Source: Chthoniobacterales bacterium
Lineage (GTDB): Bacteria > Verrucomicrobiota > Verrucomicrobiia > Chthoniobacterales > Chthoniobacteraceae
Reading direction: 5' to 3'
Assembly: GCA_038207335.1 (NCBI GenBank)
Contig: JBBQZX010000031.1
Span: 1-64,000 of the forward strand
DNA length: 64,000 nucleotides
Every line of letters begins with the position of its first letter. The stretch's first letter is position 1. This document shows, piece by piece, positions 48,194 through 58,100 of this stretch. The position numbers were made by a program, and so were the translations under genes. The notes under the pieces were generated by a model that saw nothing but the letters and a program-made list of their open reading frames with translations, was not told the origin of the DNA and did not search any database.

Positions 48194-49618
48194 TCACTTC
48201 GCGTCATGCGGAATGATGGGTTGCGGGTTTGCGACGTGTCCCAGCTCGCGGCAGCCGGGGGCGATGCCGTCGAGGCCGAGGTCGTCTTTCATAGCGGCGA
48301 TGAGGGCTCGGAGTTTCGCGACGATTTCGGGATTCGCCGCGGCGACGTCCGTGGCTTCGCCGATGTCGGTGCGCAGGTTGTAGAGTTGCGGCTGGAAGTT
48401 CTTCGCGTCTGTGGCGGCGTTGCGGCCCATGGCGATTTGCAGCTTCCAATCGCCGTGGCGGACGGCGTTCAGGCGGAGGCCGTTGTAGTAAAAGAACGTC
48501 TCGTGCGCGGGCTTCGCGTCGGGCGTTCCGGCGAGCTGCGGCCAGATGTTTACGCCGTCGAGTTTGCGGTCGGCAGGGAGGGGCGCATCGGCGAGCGCGG
48601 CGAAAGTCGGCAGGATGTCGAACATGCCGGTAATGGCGTCGGTCTCGGTGCCAGCAGGGATGTTCCCCGGCCACCGGGCAATGGTCGGCACGCGCATTCC
48701 GCCTTCGAACGTGCTGGCTTTGAAGCCGCGCAGCGGGGCGTTCGAGGCGCGCGGCGTGCCGCCGTTATCGGAGGTGAAAATCACGAGCGTGCGCTCGGCG
48801 AGGCCCTGTTCGCGCACGGCGTCGAGCACACGGCCGACGCTCCAGTCCACTTCCTCGACCCAATCCGAGTAGATGCCGTTCGGCGATTTTCCAGCCCATT
48901 TCTTACCGGGATAAATCGGGAAATGCACCGCGTTGTGCGCGAGGTAGAGAAAGAACGGAGCGTCCTTTTTCTCCGCGATGAATTTCACCGCTTCGTCGGT
49001 GTAAATCTCCACGAGCGATTGCTGGTCATCCGGCAGCACGCGCTTCACGACCGCGCCGTTGCGCAGCAGCGGAAGCGGCGGCTGGCCTTTGCCCGTGCCC
49101 TTCGCGACGGGAATCGGCCGACCGAGATCGCTGCGCACGCCGTCGCCGACGGGGCCCATGTCGTTCGAATAGGGCAGGCCGAAATGCAGGTCGAAGCCCT
49201 GCGCATTCGGCAGGAATTCCGGCTGGTCGCCGAGGTGCCATTTTCCAATGATCGCCGTCGCGTAGCCCACGCTTTTGAGCACTTCGGCGACCGTGATTTC
49301 TTTCGGCGAAAGGCCCGCTTTGTCCTCGGGAAAAAGCACGTACGGAATCGGCAGCGCGCGCTTTGCGTAGCAGCCGGTCATCAGCGACGCGCGCGACGGC
49401 GAGCACACCGGCGCGGCGTAAAATGACGTGAGCTTGCGACCGTCTTTGGCCATGCGGTCGAGGTTCGGCGTGCGGTTCAGCTTCGAGCCAAACGGCGCGA
49501 TGTCCGCGTAGCCCATGTCGTCGATGTTGATGACGATGAAGTTCGGCTTCGGCACCGCGGAGGCGTGGCTGCAAAGGAACGCGAGGAGTCCGAGGATGAG
49601 CAGAGTGGGCTGTTTCAT
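48194..49618 (-). CDS. S1 sulfatase (arylsulfatase A/GALNS-like)
   Basis: PNFIVINIDDMGY, CSPSRASLMTG, GKWHLG, GLPYSNDM, EGGMRVP. Confidence 0.93.
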   Translation of the reverse strand: MKQPTLLILGLLAFLCSHASAVPKPNFIVINIDDMGYADIAPFGSKLNRTPNLDRMAKDGRKLTSFYAAPVCSPSRASLMTGCYAKRALPIPYVLFPEDKAGLSPKEITVAEVLKSVGYATAIIGKWHLGDQPEFLPNAQGFDLHFGLPYSNDMGPVGDGVRSDLGRPIPVAKGTGKGQPPLPLLRNGAVVKRVLPDDQQSLVEIYTDEAVKFIAEKKDAPFFLYLAHNAVHFPIYPGKKWAGKSPNGIYSDWVEEVDWSVGRVLDAVREQGLAERTLVIFTSDNGGTPRASNAPLRGFKASTFEGGMRVPTIARWPGNIPAGTETDAITGMFDILPTFAALADAPLPADRKLDGVNIWPQLAGTPDAKPAHETFFYYNGLRLNAVRHGDWKLQIAMGRNAATDAKNFQPQLYNLRTDIGEATDVAAANPEIVAKLRALIAAMKDDLGLDGIAPGCRELGHVANPQPIIPHDAK

Positions 49619-52600
49619 GGTGCGGCAAGCTGGTGGATCGTCCCGTGCAGCGACCGCACGATGGGCGTGCCATCGGGGGCGCGGAGGTTGGTGGTGAGTT
49701 CGTAGCACTGCGTGGGGGCGAGTGTCCGGATGGCGAGGGTGACGGTGCGGGTGTCGGTGCTCAGGCTGGCCGCCGTGATGTCGAGCGGGTGCTCGTTGTA
49801 GTGCTTCGAGCCGTAGTTTTTCGTGCGCTGGAGCGACCAGGCTTTCATCGCAATCGCCGTGGTCTGCACGCTGTTTGGGTCAAGCGGATCGCTGAAGGTG
49901 ACGGTGAGTGCGCCTTTCGTGGCGTGGATTGCGACGGGGATGTGCGCGGGTTTTTCGCTGCGGCGGATGCGGTGGAAGCCGCCGGGAGAGGTCGCATTTC
50001 CCGCCCACGCAAACATGCCGCAGGTATAGAGCGCGCCGTCCGCGGCGAAGCGTCCGCGCATGATGCCGGTCGCGAAGGCGGGCATCGGCAACTCGCACAC
50101 CGCGCCCTGCCATTGGCCAGCGATTTCCTCATGCGGCACGATGAACGCGCGGCCGGTGCCGTAGCTGAGATTCAGCAGGCTGCCGCCGAGGTTGCCCCAC
50201 GCGTTCTTCGGCACCCAGACCAGCTCGGCGGGGCTGCGATCCTTGTCGTTCGTGATCCAGACCATCGGCTGCTCCATCGCGGAATCGCTCGTGTCGGTGA
50301 CGTTCGTGTAGCCGAACATGTTGCCGTAAAAGCCGCCGACTTTGACGCGGTTGATGCGGTTCTTCGGCGTCCAGAAGCCTTCCTGATCAGTGACGAAAAA
50401 TGTGCCGTCGTCGTTGAGACACACGCCATTCGCGGCGCGGAAGCCAGTCGCCAAAATATCGGTGTGCGAGCCGTCGGCGCTCACGCGGAGCAGCGTGCCG
50501 TGGTGCGGGACGACGCTGTCGAGCGCGTGACGGCCCGACTTCGCGTAGTAGAAATTGCCCGCCGCATCGGTCTGCAAGCCCATCGCGAATTCATGGAAGT
50601 GCTCGGTGACTTGCGCGTCGTTGTTGAAGCACTCGATGAAGTCGGTCTCGCCGTCGCCATTCAAATCGCGCAGACGCACGAGCTGATCGCGGCACGTCAC
50701 GAAAAGATCGTCACCGCGAAACTTTACGCCGAGCGGCTGGAACAATCCCGTCGCGATCCGCTTCCACGTCAGCTTCGCGGGCGCTTTGTCCATCACGCCA
50801 TCCACGCGCCACACATCGCCGTTCCAGGTCGCGACGACCGCGCCTTTTCCATCCGGCGTGAAATCGAAGCCGCCGGGGCGCATCCAGCTTTGCCACGGAT
50901 TCTCAACGGGGAGCGGAAAATTGTCGGCGATGAAAGCGCCATCGTTTTTTCCCGCCTCCGAAGTCGTCGTGAGCTCCTGCGGCCAGCGCGGCGGCCCGCC
51001 GTGCGTTAGCGGCTCCAAGTCCAGTGAAGCGGCATTCGCCTTTGCCAGCACGTCCAGCGACGCGGCATCGACGCGCGAAATGAAGAGCCGCGTCTTCGCT
51101 CCGTCGGGCAACGACGCGATCCAAAAGCCGCCTTCCTTTTTCAAAGTCCCATCGCCAATGAGCGCGACGCTCACCGTGTCCTGCGCGACGCGGAGCAGCA
51201 GCGGTTTCGCGGAGGCCGCGACATTCAGCGTGCGGGTGAAAACGGGTGTCGTGCCGTAGTCGAGCCAGCCGGGGGATTCGAGCACGCGCGTGCCGCCGAT
51301 GCTCGCGGCGATCACCGCGCGCGCGCCGTGCAGATACGTTCCCTCGAAGCGCGCCCACTCGCGCGGCAGCGGGCCGTAGCGTCTGCCGTCTTTGCCGATC
51401 ACGCGCGCGTCGTCGTCCCACTTTCCCTCCGGCGACGCCCAGCCGGGGCCAACGGGGTTGATGAAATGCCGCTCGCCCGTGAGGCTGGTGTGCGTGCCGT
51501 GACTGCCGTCGAAGGCGATGCCTTTCCAGTCCACGAAATCGCCCGTCGTCGCCGCGGCAACGCGCATCGTGTCGTGATCGTAGATCATCCACGCGCGGCC
51601 TTTGCTCACGCCGCCGGGGCCGTCGTCGAGACGAATCGCGATCCCTTTTTGCGCGATGTTTCCGGGCGCGATTTCAAACGTCCAAAACAGCGCCGGGCCG
51701 AAATCCATCCGCTTGTATTGCGGTTCCGAGCGATCCTCTTTTTCCGCCTCCGCGCGCACGAGTCCGCGCGGCAGCGAGGCCAGATACGCGGGCGTGATTT
51801 CGGTGAATTGCGACTTGTTATGCGGGCGCAGGAACGTCTCGCGAATGTATTGGATCACCGCGTATTTCTGCGCCGTCGTGTATTGCGGCTGGGGCACCAT
51901 CTGGCCGAAGCCCTTCGTCAGCGTCGTGAACATCGAAAGCGGGTCCGCGCCGTTTTTGAACGGCCCTTCCGCAAAGCGCAGCGCCGTCGGCAGCGAGCCG
52001 GGTTGCTCCTTCGTGCCGTGGCAGACGACGCACAGCGTTTTGTAAATCTCCGCGCCCTCCGCGAGCGTCTTCTCGTTCCATCCGCCCACGAGTTCCGCGT
52101 GATCGCTGCGCTCCAAAGCCTGCATCCATGCGGCTCGCACGGTCACGCCCGCCGCCGGCTCGATGATCGGGCGAGCACCGCCGCTCGTCGGGGTGTGGGT
52201 AAAATCCGGCGTGTTCGCGCCCGCGCCGTCGGCTTTGAAAATGAGCGCCACCTCCGCATCCGGCAGCGCCCGCGACCACACGCGGACGCCCTCGATTTTG
52301 CCTTTGGAAAAATCCCCAGCGAAGTCCGGCGTGGCGCGTCCGACTTTGAAAATATGCCCCGCGACATCCGGTTTCGTGAGCGCCGATTTTTCCGCGACGA
52401 CCTTCCCATCGAGCCACAGCCGCGCCGCGCCGCCGCGCGACGTGAGCACCGCGGTGTGCGGCTTGCCGTCGTCCACTTTGCCACCGCCCGTCATCGAGCC
52501 GAGCCAGCCGATGTCATACACGAGCCGCCCGCCGCGGATGAACAGCGCCTTCGCATCCGGCGACCATTTGCCCGCCTGCGCGCATTCGGAAAACAACGTT

Positions 52601-52998
52601 CCGCCGCCGCTCGTCTCAAACTTCGCCGCCGCCGTGAAGTCCCCGCCGAGATCGAGCTTCGCGTCGGGAAAATCCTGTGCGCGATTGTGAGAAAGTGCCG
52701 CGATTTCCTCCGGCCCGCGCACGAGCTTGCCACCCGACCAGATGGGCAAAACCGGCAAGCCGTCCGGCGGATACTCGACCGCGACATCGTGCTCCACGCC
52801 GCCCGCCAGCGGCACGAGCACCTCTTTTCCCAGCAGCACGGCACCGCTCGCTGGCGCGGAAAACTCGACGTGCAGCCGGTAATTCAGCGGCACCTCCGGC
52901 GCATCCAGCGGCACAGCATCGCGCGGCGGCGCTGCCGCTGCGAAGGACAGTCCGCACGCGAGGACGAATGTCGCGAAAAAGGGGGGGAGATTTTTCAT
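49615..52998 (-). CDS. Multidomain secreted protein: LamG-like + monoheme cytochrome c + DUF6797-like + beta-propeller + Ig-like
   Basis: LamG-like DDGKPH...LWLDG...VRVWSRAL; CVVCH with later MVP; KGIAIRL..YDHDTMR; propeller ATGLFQPLG, DLNGDG, HFHEF, GFRAANG, DQEGFW. Confidence 0.8.
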   Translation of the reverse strand: MKNLPPFFATFVLACGLSFAAAAPPRDAVPLDAPEVPLNYRLHVEFSAPASGAVLLGKEVLVPLAGGVEHDVAVEYPPDGLPVLPIWSGGKLVRGPEEIAALSHNRAQDFPDAKLDLGGDFTAAAKFETSGGGTLFSECAQAGKWSPDAKALFIRGGRLVYDIGWLGSMTGGGKVDDGKPHTAVLTSRGGAARLWLDGKVVAEKSALTKPDVAGHIFKVGRATPDFAGDFSKGKIEGVRVWSRALPDAEVALIFKADGAGANTPDFTHTPTSGGARPIIEPAAGVTVRAAWMQALERSDHAELVGGWNEKTLAEGAEIYKTLCVVCHGTKEQPGSLPTALRFAEGPFKNGADPLSMFTTLTKGFGQMVPQPQYTTAQKYAVIQYIRETFLRPHNKSQFTEITPAYLASLPRGLVRAEAEKEDRSEPQYKRMDFGPALFWTFEIAPGNIAQKGIAIRLDDGPGGVSKGRAWMIYDHDTMRVAAATTGDFVDWKGIAFDGSHGTHTSLTGERHFINPVGPGWASPEGKWDDDARVIGKDGRRYGPLPREWARFEGTYLHGARAVIAASIGGTRVLESPGWLDYGTTPVFTRTLNVAASAKPLLLRVAQDTVSVALIGDGTLKKEGGFWIASLPDGAKTRLFISRVDAASLDVLAKANAASLDLEPLTHGGPPRWPQELTTTSEAGKNDGAFIADNFPLPVENPWQSWMRPGGFDFTPDGKGAVVATWNGDVWRVDGVMDKAPAKLTWKRIATGLFQPLGVKFRGDDLFVTCRDQLVRLRDLNGDGETDFIECFNNDAQVTEHFHEFAMGLQTDAAGNFYYAKSGRHALDSVVPHHGTLLRVSADGSHTDILATGFRAANGVCLNDDGTFFVTDQEGFWTPKNRINRVKVGGFYGNMFGYTNVTDTSDSAMEQPMVWITNDKDRSPAELVWVPKNAWGNLGGSLLNLSYGTGRAFIVPHEEIAGQWQGAVCELPMPAFATGIMRGRFAADGALYTCGMFAWAGNATSPGGFHRIRRSEKPAHIPVAIHATKGALTVTFSDPLDPNSVQTTAIAMKAWSLQRTKNYGSKHYNEHPLDITAASLSTDTRTVTLAIRTLAPTQCYELTTNLRAPDGTPIVRSLHGTIHQLAAP

Positions 52999-55094
52999 CG
53001 GCTCGAAGTAGCAGTGCGCGGCGGCGCTTTTGGTTCTGCGTGTCCCGCGCGCAGCGGATACATCTCGCGGCCGAGCTCGCGGCTGGCTTCGATCATCTCG
53101 CGGTAGGGCGTGTCGGCGATATCGACGAAGCCGATCTGGAAATTCTCCTCATCAAGCGGGCGGCCCGTGGTCGGCTCGTCGCGGTAGGTGAACCAATGAC
53201 AGCCGACGAACTGCGGATCGCGCAGCGCGGTGCGGACATACTTCGTGTAGGCGGCGGCGCGCGCGACCTGATTTTCCACGGCTCGGAGACCGGCGTGAAA
53301 AACGCCACGGTCGGTCGCGCCGTAGTGGAATTCGCCGACGACCAGCGGCACGTCGGCGCCGCCCTCGAAAGTGAAATCCGCGAGGTCTTTGTAGTAGAGG
53401 TTGAAGCTGACGACGTCGCAGAACTTTGCCGCGGCAGCCTGCGCAAGCGGGTTGCCCCAGGCGAAGCGGCAGCCGAGGTAGATTTGCTGCGGCGCGACCT
53501 CTTTGATCGTGTCGCGCGCGGCGCGGAAATACTCCTCGGCGACGCGCGTGTAAAAGGAGGTGAGGTCCGGGCGCGCCTTGGCGTAATCGGGCGTGGCGGT
53601 GCTCTCGGCGAGTGCTTCCCACGAGGCGTGCGCGCTGCCCCACGCGGCATTCAGCTTCGCGATGTCGTCGTATTTTTTCCGGAGCACTTCGAGAAAGGCG
53701 CGCTTCGCGGGCTGGCTCGGGGGCGACCTCAGCGCGCTGATCGCGAGGGAGGTGTCGTCGCCCCACGACATTTCGTTGTCGGAGAAAAAGCCGAGGCACC
53801 ACGGGTCGCCCGCGCTCTTGCCGCGCTTCGCTTCCATCTGCATGCGCATCTTTTCCCGGAAGCGCGGATCAAAAGGATCGGGAAATTTTCCCCAGTATCC
53901 TTCGCTGCCGGCGATCATCGGCACGCCGTAGGAGCCGATCGCGTCCGTGTAGGCCGTGCGCCGCAGCGCGGTGACATTTGCCTCGGTCCACATGCCGAGC
54001 GTGTTGATGCCCCAGCTCCGAAAGCGGCGATGAATCCAGTCGTCATTCACCGTGCGCCAGTCCGCGCCGTATTTGCGGAAGAGATTGGCGCCGGCGAAGG
54101 AAAACGCGCGCACTTGGCGGCCCGCGTAATGGCCTTTGAGCGCGGATGGCTGGCTGATGAACTCCGCAAACTCGGGCTGCGCGCCGGGGAAGTCGGCGAA
54201 GTAATGTTCGCGCTCCTGCGTCACGGTCACGCCGCCGACACCCGCGGCGTCGATGCCATTGGAGAAAAAGAGCCGCCCCTCGGGATCGACCAGCCACCAT
54301 TTGCCCGCGTGTTTTTGCGTGCGGAAAAATCCCGTCGCGTCGAGCTGCGGCCCGTCTTTCCAGCCGCCGAATTTGTCCCACTCCGCCGGGCCGGGCTGCG
54401 CGGCGAGTTCCTTCGCTTCGTCGTCGCGGCGCGCGTGCAGTTCATCGAGCGAGCGCACTTTTCCGGGCCAGTCGCGGTGCCGGTATTGGCCGAAAGTATC
54501 GATGAACGGGAAATACGGATCGGCGTCGCTCGTCGAGGCCGTCGGCGCGGTGTAGCTGCCGTCCGCGCGGACGCTCGTGATCTCGAACGTGCGATCCGAG
54601 GCCGGCTTGGTGAGAAAGACAAGCACCTGCGTGATGCGCGCCGGATCGACCGTTGATGGCCCGCCGAGCGCGACCGGCGTTCCGCGCATTCCGAAAAGGT
54701 TTCCGCCGAGCGTGTCGCTGTGCGTGCGCCAAAGCGCGACGTGCATCGTGCCCGCGGCGCCGGGGGCGAGCTCGAGCTTTCCGCTCACGGAATGGTCCTT
54801 GCCGTTCCCGCCGTCATTGTCCACGCGGCACGCGAGCTTGAGCGCCTGCGCGCCGGTGTTTTTCACCGCGACCTCGACGGAGCCAAAGCGCGACAAATCC
54901 CAAGTCCCATCCGGCGCGACGATCGCCACGCCGGGCCATTGATGTTCATGCCCGGTCTCCACCCGCACCACGCCGGAATCGCCGCGCGAAATTTTCGCAT
55001 CGGTCGTGCGCATATTGGCGAGCGATAACTCCAGCGGCGCTGCGAAGGCGCAGACGGCGGGCAGCAAGGCGATCAGCAAAAGTCTGGGGAGCAT
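52995..55094 (-). CDS. GH50-like (beta-agarase/galactanase family) glycoside hydrolase with N-terminal CBM-like domain
   Basis: FIDTFGQY..DWPGK, ATGFFRT..WWLVDPEG..FFS.G, WGINTLG.W, GFFSDNEMSWG, YLGCRF, DVVSFNLY, VGEFHYGA.DRG, VGCHWF.Y.D. Confidence 0.8.
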   Translation of the reverse strand: MLPRLLLIALLPAVCAFAAPLELSLANMRTTDAKISRGDSGVVRVETGHEHQWPGVAIVAPDGTWDLSRFGSVEVAVKNTGAQALKLACRVDNDGGNGKDHSVSGKLELAPGAAGTMHVALWRTHSDTLGGNLFGMRGTPVALGGPSTVDPARITQVLVFLTKPASDRTFEITSVRADGSYTAPTASTSDADPYFPFIDTFGQYRHRDWPGKVRSLDELHARRDDEAKELAAQPGPAEWDKFGGWKDGPQLDATGFFRTQKHAGKWWLVDPEGRLFFSNGIDAAGVGGVTVTQEREHYFADFPGAQPEFAEFISQPSALKGHYAGRQVRAFSFAGANLFRKYGADWRTVNDDWIHRRFRSWGINTLGMWTEANVTALRRTAYTDAIGSYGVPMIAGSEGYWGKFPDPFDPRFREKMRMQMEAKRGKSAGDPWCLGFFSDNEMSWGDDTSLAISALRSPPSQPAKRAFLEVLRKKYDDIAKLNAAWGSAHASWEALAESTATPDYAKARPDLTSFYTRVAEEYFRAARDTIKEVAPQQIYLGCRFAWGNPLAQAAAAKFCDVVSFNLYYKDLADFTFEGGADVPLVVGEFHYGATDRGVFHAGLRAVENQVARAAAYTKYVRTALRDPQFVGCHWFTYRDEPTTGRPLDEENFQIGFVDIADTPYREMIEASRELGREMYPLRAGHAEPKAPPRTATSSR

Positions 55095-55127
55095 GTGGTT
55101 GGGGAGTTCCAAGAAAGGATGCGCGGG

Positions 55128-58100
55128 TTACTTCACCACGCGCAGGCGAGCGAAGCGTTTGCCGGTGGAGCCGGCGGGAAATGTCGACTTTCTAGTCTGC
55201 ACGGTGCCGTTGTCGGATATGAGCTGCTCGGACACTCCGACACTGCTCCACGAGCCGGAGGCTAGGGTATCGCTCCATTCCACGGTGAAAGTCACGCCAT
55301 CGGCGAGGGCGGCGTTGGCGCGGGTGTAGGTGACTTCGAGATTCGCACCGTTTTTCACCACGCCGGGCAGCGCGCGCGTCGCGGCATTCGGATTTTGCGC
55401 GGTGGCGTATTCGTAGAGGTTCAGTTCGCCGTCGCCGTTTGGATCGGCGGTGGGGCCATTGATGGCGGGGTTGGTTTCGCCCGGCCACTGGAGCGCGAGC
55501 CAGTCGGCGAAGAGCGCGGGATTGCGAGCGACCGTCACGGTGAGCGTGGCGAGCGTTTGCGCGGTCGAATTGGTTGCCGTGAGTTGCAGCACGTAGTCGC
55601 CGGCCTGGCTGAAAGTGACGCTGGTGGCGGCTTGCGCGGCATTGCCAAAAGTGACGGTGCCGGGCCCGCTCACCTTGCTCCACGCAGCGACGGGCGCGGC
55701 ACCGTTGCCGGCGGTGATGCTGCCCGCGAGAGAGCCCGCGACTTGCGTGACGACGGCGGGGGCGGCCCCGGCGGAGACGATGGGCGCAGCAACCGCGGAT
55801 TCATTCGCAAGGCCCGCAATCTCCCCGACGCTGAGGGCGCGGCGGTAGAAGCGGACGGCGTCCACCATGCCATCGAAGAAGTTGGTGTCGGTCTCGCTGG
55901 CGCGGCCGATGAGCATTGGCGCGGTGGAGTTGATGACCGTGGTGCTCGTCTCCGCCGCGGTGACGTCGAGCACGCCGTTGACGTAAAGTTTCGCGCGCTC
56001 GGCGGTGGGCAGGGTGCCATCGAAAACGAGGGCGATGTGATACCAGGCGCCGGTGCTGAAGACGGTGTTGCTGGAGAAGCGGTCGTTGTTGGAGTTGATG
56101 TCGATGCGGAATCTGCCGCCGTTCGTTCCGCTGCCGAAGAGGATGCCGTAAGCGTTCTGGCTGGTGTCGGAGACGCGCTTCGCGAGCAGCGCGGAGTTGG
56201 CGTTAAAGGTGTCCGCCTTAAACCAGCACGAGAGGGTGAACGCGGCGGTGGTGTCCAGCGAGGCCTGGTCGGGCACGGTGAGGAAGGCATTGCTACCATC
56301 GAGGACGGCGGCGCCCTGGAGTTTTCCGCCGGCGGGTTGCCAGGTCACTGCGCCGCTGGTGCTGGCGTGGTTGCTGGTGCCGGAGCTGTCGGTGGCCACG
56401 GTGCCAGAGGTTTCATCGAGCTTGAGATGGAGCGCGAGCGATGAGTCCGTCGTGGAAAGCGGCGTGACGTAGATGGTGAGGTCGGCGGTGCCGGTGCCCA
56501 CGGCGTTGGCGGCGGCGCAGCGGAGTTGATAGATGCCGGGTGCCGAAAAAGTGGCGTAGGTGGTAGCGGTGGTCGCGTTGGAAAAAGTGACGCTGCCCGG
56601 CCCGCTGACGATGCTCCACTGGATGGCCGCGCCCGTGGCGCCGGTGAGAGTGGCGACGAGTCGGAGGCTGGAGCCATTCGCGGCGTGCGTGGTGCTGTCG
56701 GCGGGCTCGGTGATGAGCACATCGGGCACGGCGGCAGTGAGTGAGACCTTGTCAAAAGCCGCTTCTCCGAGCCGAGTCTCATCGCCGGTCGCGAGCACGA
56801 GGCCCGCGAACACCGCGGTGCTGAGCGTCACCGTGCGCGGCACATCCACGCGCGTCCAACTCACGCCATCCGCCGACCAGTAGGGCGTGAACGCACTGCC
56901 CCGCCGCGTGAGCCGCAGCCACGGCGCGACCGGCACGGAGCCAGCCGCCGTGCTTGTGACAGCCGGGCCGGCACCCGCGGTGCTGCGGCGGAGAAAATCG
57001 ATCCGGCCGGTCGTCGCATTCCAAGTCAGCGCGACGGCGCGCGAATTCGGGGCCGTGGAGTCGCGCAGCATCAGCCCAACTTTCGTGACATCCGAGACGA
57101 TGTCCGCACCGAGGATGAGCGCGGTCAGCGTGCCGTCGCCGCTGAGCGGCTGGTGGATGAGATGGCACCGGTCCGAGCCGCCGCTGATGTTCCCGCCGGT
57201 CGCCTGCGTGACGAATTTCTCCCCGAGCCGGCCGCTCGTGCCGGTGAGCGCCAGCGCGCCGACATCGGCCGCCGCCCACGGGGCGGCGAAGGGTTGCGAA
57301 AGAAAGAACGCATCCGCATATGCCGTCTGCGCGCTGCTGCCGCGGAAGGCGAAAACGGTCGCTCCCGTGGCAGCCGCACCGGTGGTGAAATTCACCGTTG
57401 CCTGCGTCCAAGCGCTCGCCGCCACCGTGCTCGTGACCTGCGTGGCCCCGTGATTTTTCACGCCGAACGTGAGGCCGGCGTTGCCATTCGTGGTCCAGCC
57501 CGTGAGGCGGTAGGCGGTGCTCGGCGAGAGCCCGACGATGGATTGCTCGAGACCCGCGCTGGCTGCGCTGGCGGGGATTTTCCACGAGAAATCGCCACCG
57601 TAACTCGTGCCGTCCGCCGCCACCACCGATCCGCCGTAAATGCTGCTCCACGCGTCGCTGTCGCCGGTTTCCAGTTGCCCGTTCGTCACGCTCGCGTTTC
57701 GGCGAAGGAGAAAATCATCCACATACGCGAGCGAGCCGGCGTTGTTCGCGCGGGCCACCACGGTCGCAGAGCGGTTCGACGCGCCGGTTGTGAAAGGCAC
57801 CGTGGCTTGCGCGTAGGCGTTGGTGGTCAGCGTCTGTCCGGTGGTCGGAAACCCGTGATCTTCCACACCCACGAAAAGCGACGGACTCGTAATCCCCGCG
57901 TTTCCCCAAGCGCTGAACGTGTAGCCGGTGTCCGGCATCAGCCCGCCGAGCGTTTGCCGCAGCGACGCGCCCGCGGCGGTGGTGGGCGCGAGCTTGCCCG
58001 CGCGCGCGCCGCTCTTCCCGCCCGCGCTCGACCATGTGGCTTGGTTCGTCGGATCAAACGGCGCGAGGCGACCCGCGAAGTCACCATTCGCCACGGTTTC

